Shown here: piece by piece, positions 53,951 to 64,000 of the stretch
Numbering within the stretch: the stretch's first letter is position 1
How the letters are laid out: each line of letters begins with the position of its first letter
From: Lama guanicoe
Lineage: Eukaryota
Assembly: GCA_013239625.1 (NCBI GenBank)
Contig: MU053304.1
Coordinates: 2,728,001-2,792,000 of the forward strand
Length of the DNA stretch: 64,000 nt
Reading direction: 5' to 3'
Notes under the pieces: model-generated
Databases searched by the model: none
What the model saw: the letters and a program-made list of their open reading frames with translations, nothing else
What the model was told of the DNA's origin: nothing
Position numbers and translations under genes: made by a program

Positions 53951-55396
53951 ATAAATTACATAACTATAAGGAAAGAAACTTATTTAAGAAACCTGCATGT
54001 CAGATTCCCATTCCTATTTATTTTCTATAAAATCGAACTAGTAGTTCACTCCCCTTAGGCAAACTGGGAAGCTCAGCTAACATTGTAAAAATAAGAAACT
54101 TATCCCTTAAAGTAGACATATCTTACTAGCCTCGTGTTTCACCATATGACTTAACGGTATAAAAATGCCAATAACTTCAGGAAAAAAAGACTTTCTTTCC
54201 CAGAAAAACTGCTTAGAATGGTAGCATTTTCCTGGTGTTTTAGTTGGCTTTTTAATGGAAGGCTACATGCTTTCAAAGGGCAGTTAGTCCACTAAAAGTA
54301 TGCTGGCTCAGGGCTGTCATTATAAATGATTGTTTTAGAATATGTGCATCGTGATGAAAGTCAAATACACAGAAAAACATGTGATGACTCACTGGGTTAG
54401 TTAGAAACATCTGTCACTGAAATAATAGAGCATGGCAAGATGGAGATTTTTTAAAGACAAAATAAAACTTTCTATGACCTTAAACAGGAACGTGTTTAGA
54501 ATGCAACTGAAATGTCTGGCTTTCTATGAGCAAATCTATTCAAGCAGCCTATAAATCATTTCTCAGGTTCAGGATTAGCATTAAAAATCTTGGACTGCAG
54601 AAGGAGGATGGGAGCAAGAGCGTAAGAACCTCCTTGTTAGGAAATCACTGGTTAATCTGTCTCTTCTGTATTTCTCTCATATTTAGCTCAATGCTTTTTC
54701 TCCTGTTTTTGCTCAGAATATCATAGGGAATTATCCTTTATCTACCAGACCTGGCATCATGGCTAGCCTTCTTCCAAAAAATATTTATTTTAAATCATTT
54801 AGTGAAAATCTAGGCAGATATTTTAGTAGGCAATAAGCATTAAAAAAGCATTATTTGTCTCAAAAAAAAGTTCAAAACTCTGAACAAAATCAGAAGTAAT
54901 TTTAAAACAGTTAATTTCTTTCTAATATAAATTTCTAAAATGAAGATTAAATTATTGGAAGCTGACTGTGCCATATGTGTAATATATATTATGTAAATGA
55001 ATGAAATTATTTCTAAATTATCAATGTATTGGCTTGTTGAGATTATGAATTATCAGTAGTTTGGCTTGTTGTGTGCTCAATGCTAGTAAAAAATAATCCA
55101 TAATTTGTGATTAAAATCTCAATGGAAAATACATAAATTTCCTCCGAGTTCCTTTACAAGTCAGCAGGTTATGGGTGTTCGCAAACTTCATAGGTCAAAA
55201 CATGCAGCCCCGGACATAGAGACCTCAGTGTGAGAAGTTATTGACGCTGGGCACTCTATATATTCTTGTCTTTTATCTATGAAAGAACTCTTAGAGGTCA
55301 TCATTATTAATCCCACTTTAAAGACTGGGAAGCCCATGCTCAGAGAGGTAAGCAGTTTATATGTACAGAGTTTATGAGCATAAATACGTGGATTCC

Positions 55397-56011
55397 TGTG
55401 GGTTCGTCACCAGTTGTGGGTTCTGGCCGGCAGAAGTCCCACTGAGACGGAATGAATTACTCAAGACTCTGGGGAAAAGTCAAGAGAGCGAGAGGGAGTC
55501 GGGAGCCAGCTCCACAAGCCTCTCAAATCTCTCATATTTACTGCGTACAGTCGAAGCAGGAATTTAGGGAAGGACAGGGTGGGATCACAATGAATACAAA
55601 GGCTTTGTTTATTGTTGGTGTTTGGCTCAAGGTCAGAAGACCCTTTTTCGTGAATCATGTTCATGTTGAGCCTTTCAGCTTATCAGGGCGGAAGGTATGA
55701 GAATCAACTGCTTAACACGATTTTCCTTGGACTCAGGTGGCTGTGCCTGTCTCAGGTTGCCCCCCTCAGGGGATCTTACCCGTCATTGGCGAACCAGCCT
55801 TCTCACCTCTGAGTCTGCAGCTTTTTACCATTCCAGCCCAAGGCTGTTTTGGGGATAGAAGACTAACAGCAGGCACGCCCAGCCCAGCGTTTATAGCCGG
55901 GGGCCTAGGTCATTGCTAAAACCTCAAGGCAGTTACTAAGCAGTATCTTCTTTAAGGAGATAAGCGGCTGGAATCTGTTACAATTTGTTAACCCAATCAT
56001 GGGCTCCCACA
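55397..56011 (-). mobile_element. Young ERV2/betaretrovirus-like solo LTR (615 bp) inserted in a MIR
   Basis: Inverted termini TGTGGG...CCCACA; 6-bp near-TSD gattcc/gattca; AGTAAA signal on the minus strand near 55537-42; MIR core continues on both sides. Confidence 0.85.
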
Positions 56012-59000
56012 GATTCAAAGCAAGATTGACCTTATTTCAAGGTCCATGTTTCTTGCTCCAAACTCAGACTGTCATCTTTACACATTCTTACCCAACTCAA
56101 GTACCCAAAGGACTCATTTCTGACTTTTCCCATTCTCTGTTTATTACATTTATTTGTCCCATAAACACTTATTGAGTAGTTTCTCTCCATACATCACCAT
56201 GCCTTGGACTGAGTAAAAAGAACTACAGATTGTAGAGTCTTTAGGATTAGAGAGTGTTTACGATCAGCTGCTGGGAAATCCCTGCAGGAGGGAGACACTT
56301 GTGAATGTAATTGTGCAGAGACCACTGACTGTGGCTGCCAAGAAGGCCTCGAGGACTGGCTGTAGGTCATCCTCTGGGCGGTAGAATAGCTGTGAATAAT
56401 GGCTGCAGCTACAAACAAGCAATGACCAACTGGTAAGAGGGGAAAAGGCAGGTGCTGATTCTGGAGTTATAAAGGTTGGCTGTGGGATCAGAGCTCTGCC
56501 ATTCGTGAGCTGTGCAGACTAGAACAATTTCCATGTTTGTTTCTTTAGCTGTAGAACAGGGCAATAATAATTCACAATTTCTTGTAAAAATTAGAAGAAA
56601 ACATATGAAGTGCCAGACATACAGAAGATACTTAAACACTACTGTTGCTACTCCCTAAACTTAACAGTCACACACCTAAAACATACTCTGACATAGCAGA
56701 ACATCACCGTCTGCTCAGTTAAAGGAAAAAAATTATACTCCGCTAAGGCAGGTATCAATACAGAATGTTCGTTTGGGCAAATGTAGACATAATGTGAATT
56801 TAAGTTATAAATAAATGTTTCCTGAATTTCTATCTTTTACATGCTGAAAAACGCAATAGATTTGAAGTCGGTTATTGTCTTTTGAGAAATGTAAGGGCTC
56901 ACGTAAGTGGATTTTGCTCCCATGTTCTGTTAGTCATTAGTCACCATCGGGTCACCTTTAAACTGTGATGTGGAGCTGAGGCCTCCCTCTTTGCTCTTGC
57001 CAGGAATTCTCACAATTGGATTCTCACTGAAATCACCCACAGAGCTTTAAACACTACTAGCGGCCAGGTCCTCATTCCGGGAGATTCTTATTTAATGGTC
57101 TGAGATCTCACCTTCAGAATTTTTAAAGCAATTCTACCACCTAGCCCACCCTTAAATAGCTTCATGATACACCTGCCATTCACTAATCAAAATTCCAACT
57201 GTGGCTTCCAGTAGAAGAGGAAATAATGAACTGTATACTGTAACTGAGGAAGTTAGCAGAACGTAGCACAAAAAGAGAGAAGGGAAAAATAAGGACAAGA
57301 TTAAGAAACAAGAAGGATAAAGTGACAGGTTTGACATACTCTGTTTCAGAACAAAAAGAAAAAGATGTTGGGGTAGGCATCAAGATAGTTAAGAATTGTT
57401 CTTTCATAAAGGAAAATTAAAAATCTACAGTTTTAAGAAGCACATTAAGTTGGGTGGGGGAAGATGCTGAAAACAACAGGATACACTATATCCCAAAGGG
57501 ATGAAGATTTAGATAATAGATGGAAATTTTAAAAATACAGTAGATGCACAATATTATGTTAGTTTCCAATGTACTAAATAGGGATGGGAAATGTTTGTAG
57601 TTTAGTTACAGATAGTTAAAATACCATTAAATGCAGTAACAAAAAAAGATAGCATCTATACCAGCCACTACATTAGATATTTATATTTTCACATCTGTTA
57701 AAAACCAATGTAGTATTATCATTATTATTCCCACTTACAGTTGAAAGCACTTAAGCAAGGCTAAATTTAAGTAATAGAGGCTGAACATAGCAGAGGCATA
57801 ATTTGAACTTAGATATATTTGGCTTCTGTGGCAAATAAGCCAAAGAATTAACTTTCCTCTGAGTCAGTGACTGGACAATGTCCTTTGCGAGATCACCGGT
57901 TACATAAAACAAAGAGAAATTGGATTTCTCTTTAAGTCACCTGTGCAATTCTCTGTTAAGCTAGTGGGAAAGCAAACTTCTGCTCTTCTTGGCATGTATG
58001 CTAATCTCACGCATGACTGCTTAAAGGCTCTTTCATGGAAGAGCACACATCAGGCAAATGATTTTAGGACAGAATAAAATTAAGATTGCATATTTTACTC
58101 TGCTTATTTACTAGAAAGTCATATAACCTTTAGGAGACACATGTGGGTTTTATTATGATTTTCTTGGCGATTTCTGTAAGGGAGGTGAGATGTAATAAAA
58201 TGGTCTCATTTTAACAGACCAAAAGGATTTGAAAGTAAAGTGTGAAAAAATAGTCTCAACAGCAACAACAAAAAACAATTCAGTCGGTAGCAGGACATGT
58301 GAGAATGGTTTTATTTATTTAGTTAGGTAATTATTTAGTTGGTTTTGAGAATTGATTGGATGTGGGCAGTTTGCATTTTTGTAGTCCTGAAAACTGGATT
58401 GCATGCATAAATGCTTTTGTACGTGCTAAAGTCAATTATGCATGTTGACATTTCCTGACAATAGCAGTTGCTAATTATGTGTGTGTTCAGAATGGACAAA
58501 CAGGCCAACCACAGTCAATGATGGGCATGGAAAATTTGCCCTTGGTAGCCTAGCTAGCTATGAGATTTCCCTCACAATGAAGGTGTCTCTGCCTGGTTTC
58601 TTTGGGTATGGAAGTAACCTGGTGCTCTTTCCTCTTCTTTATCGCCTGTCCTAGGTATGCAGCATCACGCAGCCCAGAGGGCAACATTCACAGTTGCATT
58701 GCTCTCCAGGGGTACTATCATGTGGAAGGTTCTTCCTACCACTGTGCCTCTTTGTGACCCTGATCAGGCCTCCTGCTTTCCTTCCCAGCCTCTTCTGACA
58801 CCACACAGGGTCTCTGCACAGTCACCACACTGGCCTCCTTTCAGCCCCGCAGTGGGCCACGCCTGCTCTGCCCTCGAGCGCTGCACTTAAGCTCCCTCCC
58901 GCACTTACTCAACACAAATTTTAAAAGTGCTTTCCACGTGCTCTGTTCCATATCATACACTAGTGCAGCACATTGATGATGTTGAGAAGAATTATTCACT

Positions 59001-59177
59001 TCTTGCTTGCATGGCAAAAGCATTGTCACCATGGGCAAATGAAACAGCCCCAAAACAAACATAATCAGGATCCAAATAAAACTAAGCATCAAATACACAT
59101 AAAATGGAACATTGTGTATATTATTTTATTACACTTTCACCCGTGTTCACTGAAGAGAAAAAAACGCTTGAGGGAAG

Positions 59178-59700
59178 AGTGTGTTTGGTCCTCAGGACTT
59201 TGAGTATTTAGTAACAGAAAGCCTTTTTGAACTAGTTTAGCAGAAAAAGTGTGACAGGGAAATACTCGTAGAGCTGGGAAATCCAAAGGTTGTATCTGAG
59301 ACCTAACAAATCCAGGAGCCCAAAGATTACATTCTGAGCTTTCCCCCGACACTGTTTTTTTTATTCCTCCATTCCTTCTTGGTTTGGCTCTTCTTTGCCT
59401 GTTGATACTATTCCTCCCTGCTTCAGACAGGCTTTTGCTTTTTTGAAGGTCACGATCTAAATCTTTAGAGGCTGTGATCCAAAAGGAAGTGAGAGTCTGT
59501 GTCTCACCAACCGTGTAGCAAACGTACGGACAGACTCCGTTGGCTTCCGTGTTTAACCAGGCTTGGAGCACGTGTACATACCCCTAGACTGGGGCACTCT
59601 GAAAGCGCTACAACTGACAGCTCCACCAGGATAACATGAGATGGGGGATGAGTGGCTTCCCTTCCGAAAGTGAAGGTTCTCATCACAAGTGGGAAAATGA
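59178..59700 (-). mobile_element. Old MaLR LTR (MLT1J/K-like)
   Basis: 'gtcctcaggactttgagtatttagtaacagaaagcctttttgaactagtttagcagaaaaag'. Confidence 0.55.
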
Positions 59701-59719
59701 AGGAGCGTACTCGGCAGCC

Positions 59720-60192
59720 AAAACTGTAGCTACCTGTCTTTATTCTGATTACTCTCAAAATGGAATCAAAGTCAAGGATTGGCAGTGGATTATTCCAGGG
59801 AACACAAATGAGGACTTGCAGAAAGAAGGAGAGGGAAGGGAGAAAAACCAATAAAGGATGAATCCATGAGCAGTTTCCTGCTATGAGTGTGGCTACACCC
59901 ACTTAGAACCCTCCAGAAACCAGACAGGAGTTTATTTCAGAATTTGCCTTTGGAAGATAAAAATAGTGGGGTCATTTATGTATGGAAAACAGTCCCCTCC
60001 TCTTTAGTTGAAAGTTGTCCCTTCAAGGGCTTTCACTCTTCCTGCTTCCAGGGAAACAAGAAAGCTTTCAGGCAGAGAACAAGAGAGATGCTGGCCCCCG
60101 AAGTGATTGGTTGCTGCATGCCAGGAATGACCAGGAGGAGCATACCACCTGGCCTAGGTGATATGGAATGAGGCATCAGCAAGGCTCAATAC
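59720..60192 (-). mobile_element. ERVL LTR (LTR16E/D-like)
   Basis: 'gagagggaagggagaaaaaccaataaaggatg...gagcagtttcctgctatgag'. Confidence 0.6.
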
Positions 60193-60229
60193 ACTATAAC
60201 AAGCCACTATGATATTATTAGACATAGTC

Positions 60230-60800
60230 ATTGGTGTGAGTACTTTGGAAAGCATTATAGCATTATCTCCTAAAGTTGAATATTCATACACCTAAGGCCA
60301 ACAAATTCACTTCTAGAACTATCCCAAGAGAAATTCTTGCACAAGAAAATAGAGGAGTCAATAAAAGTATATCAATAACATTATTTTCCACAATAAAAAC
60401 CTGGAGATAACCCAAGTGTTCACCCAAAGAGAGCAAATTAATATACTATTCATACAACAGAATACAATATAATGGTCAAAATTAATGAACTATATATAAC
60501 AACATGCAACAACATGGAACAATCTTAGAAGAGTAAAAGTGAGTCAAAAAAAAAGAATCTGAAAAGATCAAAAGATTACATACCACATACCATTTTTATA
60601 AATTAAAAACAATTAAAATAAAATATATTTACTTTTTAAGAATCACAGATAGATGTACTAAATCTAGACAAAAATAGAAGCAAAGGAATAATGGATAAGA
60701 GGCTTAAGATGGTTTTCATTATCAGGTGGGTGGGGGCAGGATGGAGTAGCAGGTTAGAATTTAAAAGTAACTGACTAAATAAATACAAGGGGGCCATATG
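60230..60800 (+). mobile_element. L1ME-like 3' end
   Basis: 'actttggaaagcattatagcattatctcctaaagttgaatattcatacacc', 'ctatcccaagagaaattcttgcaca'. Confidence 0.75.
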
Positions 60801-61301
60801 TTGACCAAATGAAGAGAGCATATCACTACTATGGAATTTATGATTACCCCAATTCTGTGTACCTCAATTCCAAAGAAGGAAGGAAAAACAAAAATTATGG
60901 TCCCTGTGAGAGCAGAGGGAACTAAGACTCTAAACAAAGAAATGGCGTAGGGCATTCCAAACTGAGGACAATGTAAGATGTTGAGGATGGTTCTTCTGGA
61001 GCCTCTACTGTAATATTACCAGCTAGTTTTTTTGTTCTCAGTGCCTAGAATGTACCTGACACCCTCACAGATGTGTTTACATGCATTATTTTATTTAATA
61101 CTTGCTACTTGATACATATCACTCTTTCCATTGGACAGACAAGAAAACTGACATTCAAAGAGTTTATTTTTCCTAAGGATCCAGCCCAAAATGTAGCAGA
61201 GATGGCATTTAGGAGCAGGCAGAATAGCTATGGCTGGGAAACCTTTAGGCAGGTAAAACAGGAGTCTTCTAAAGGGATTGCTGCAAGAGAACAAAAGGCA
61301 T

Positions 61302-61757
61302 TGCATTAGTCAGAGTCTCAGTGAGAGACAGAAAATATTTTCAGTTAAGATTATGGCTCAGTCTTAATTAATTGAATAGAGTATTAAAAGAGTTATGAGA
61401 AAGGTGAAGGAAACCAACATAGGATTCTGAGTTTCTCTGGCGCTAGCAAACTTCACCCCTAGAGGAAGCAAGGGGAGGAAGCTCTACCAGGAGCCGGAGC
61501 CTTAGCAGTGGAGGGCCACCTGATCGGTGTTGCAGTCAAAGAGAGACAGCGACCGCCGCACCAGGCAGATGTACTCCAATTCCGGCTCCTACACTCTGAT
61601 CTCCAGCATTTTCTATTGGCTGAACACAGTGTGAAGCAGGGTCACGCGATCTGGATAAGGGAGTATGTTGGGGTCCTCTCAGGGCGCTGACCGGGGCAGA
61701 GAATAATGGAGAATGGATCTCAGGGAGAGAGGACAAATATTGAGAGTAAACAGCACA
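61302..61757 (-). mobile_element. ERVL LTR (LTR33-like)
   Basis: 'tgcattagtcagagtctcagt...ctctgatctccagcattttctattggctgaac...ggagaatggatct...aaacagcaca'. Confidence 0.75.
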
Positions 61758-64000
61758 GGCACCTTTAAAAAGTTGTCAAAGACTGATCATAGTTAGAGAA
61801 GCCTTATGGGATAACCATCATATAAATACATAATGTTCACCCACGTATCAGTCATTGGTCAATCAAGCTTGCTCCCTCCCTCCTTTCTTTCTCCCAGGCA
61901 CACACATAATTATGGTCCATTGTTTGAAATACATACTCAGTTTTATGATACACATTAAGCAATACTTTCCCCTTTTGCTTTTAATTCTGACCTTAAAGAT
62001 CTAGAAAGCTATTTAAGTTCTCTGCTTATCTTGATGTTAGGCAACCATACGATGATGATTTAATGACATGGAATTAAGAATGGGAAGACTAACTTTTGAC
62101 TCAACATTACAGATGTCTTCTAATTTTTTACATTTATTTTATGCTTCGTGTAGGAAGAATGATTGATATGTGATTAGGTAATACTTTGCAACCCTAGAAA
62201 GTAGCACAGTTGTGTATCATTTTATTGAATAATCATAATTCATAGGAAAGGCCTTCATAGTTTTTTCATTCACTGTGTGCATCCCTGCTGCATTGTAACT
62301 TTCTTCTCCATCTCTTGGTGACACCTCAGGTAGATCCTATGGCTTTCTGATTACTTTAAGTGATGGTAGTCTCATTTTTGTGATAATGCCAACTTTCAGA
62401 TATAAAAGGTGCATTCATCTAAATCAAAGATTCACTTGCACATCTAACCTAAATCTCGCACCCACCTCCTGCTCAAGCCCAGCCCTGCATGGGGACCAGT
62501 AGTGGACTGAGGCACTGGAATACTTTGATTAAGGAGATGGGGACTGTATGCCCAGTACACAGGCAATAATACAACAAATGAAAAGGCAGGGTTTTTTTTT
62601 ATCAAAAATCATCATTAATAGGCAATTTTAAACAATGTAAATAATGAAATACTCCTCTTCCAAAAAAATCTATTGTGTAATCCAACTTGTAAACAGTGGC
62701 CAGAGTCACTGCTGAGAGCTAATAATACACATATAAGCTTCGAATGAGCACATTTGTCTTACTTTCCTTTAACAAATACAGTATCCATAAATGTAGTATT
62801 TTATGTGAAGCTAACTTGGGAAACTTCCAGCTATGGAGTCACCCCCAATACACACAACTTCAGTGACACACCTTCATTTCAAGAGTAAGTTAGTGAAGTT
62901 CTGTAATCGTTCCAGCTTGAGGAGGCACATTCCATGTCTCTAAACCCTACATACTCTTGGGTGTGAGCAGGAAATTCAGAATAAACAATATAGTTTTTCT
63001 TTTCTGAGTTATTTTATTTCTGATGTCAAGTTTTAGATGAGCCTAATCAAACACAAATTTTCAAACGTCAAGAATCAAATTTGAACAATGTACAGAGAGA
63101 CAATGGGCTTTAAAATTGTTCCTTGTGAAGAATGTCATTGACTCTGCAACAGTAAGATGTAAGGAAATAAAATTATAGAGAAAAACAGTCAGAAAGAATG
63201 CCAGGAGAAATGACAGGAGGTGGTGACCTTGCATTGCCAGAGATACCAAAAAGGCAGTGTCAGAATGCTTTGATCATTTTCACCAGGAACTGAACACTTG
63301 CTCTAAATAAATGAATCAAGGAAAGTCATTTAGCCATTAATTCTAATTTTTGCAGAAGAAAGAACACGTGAAAGTTCCTCCCAAATTTAACAGATCTGTG
63401 TGATGAACTTCCTGGTGAAGATAATTTAGTATTAGTAAATTAATGATTTAATAATTTTATGTTTCCCTAATGTCATCAAATCCCATGTAAACAGTCAGTA
63501 GGTTCTTTACAAGTAAAACCTCTAGAAAAAGTTATCTTTCACTTCCATATAAAACCAAATTTATATCCCTTTTTCTAGGAAAGAAGAAAGAGGGACTTTT
63601 GGGAATCAGAGGAAGAGCTCTCTTTGAAGTTGTCTGAATGTTGGGAACTCTGGCCAAGGAGTTAGAACTGGGAGACTTGCAACCGTGACTAAAGCCATCT
63701 CAGCTCTCAAAGCTCAGTTCAAGGATGACACTGAATTTAGAGAATGGCTTCCTTGACTCCACCACTAGGGCTTCTGACAAGGAATTTGTGTAGGTCTGGA
63801 AGCCTCAGAAGAGTGCTCTGGTTCACGGCATAGGAGACCATAATGACATCGTTAGTGACTTCACACAAAGTTTTCCTAGACTTGCAAGCATGTTATAATC
63901 ACGTTAAATATTACATCCAGAGCAATCACTCATTATGTCCTACGTTCAGTGCAGCCCACTAGTGGATTTGACCGTTCATACCCACGGGGGATTCCAGGGC

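Noticed and set aside
59137..60171. Cluster of 70-144 aa ORFs
   Set aside because: They lie within decayed MaLR and LTR16-like LTRs.
1..64000. CRISPR arrays, tRNA/rRNA genes, CpG-island promoter
   Set aside because: None seen; the window is CpG-depleted mammalian DNA, with CpG retained mainly in young LTRs.

Overview
AT-rich eutherian non-coding DNA, probably camelid: the young L1 3' ends look camelid-type, and I saw no Alu, Bov-tA, PRE1 or SINEC copies. I found no supportable host protein-coding exon; the listed ORFs are repeat-derived or unsupported. Much of the window is interspersed repeat (L1, L2, MIR, MaLR/ERVL/ERV1/ERV2 LTRs, hAT elements, a probable ancient Gypsy remnant). The main result is on the minus strand at ~23.9-26.8 kb. 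After removing nested LTR insertions, the sequence translates (with stops and frameshifts) into an ordered series of motifs matching bornavirus nucleoprotein. This suggests a heavily decayed endogenous bornavirus-like N element (EBLN) older than an MLT1D insertion that splits it. All family names and alignments are by eye, from memory of consensus sequences, and need database confirmation.
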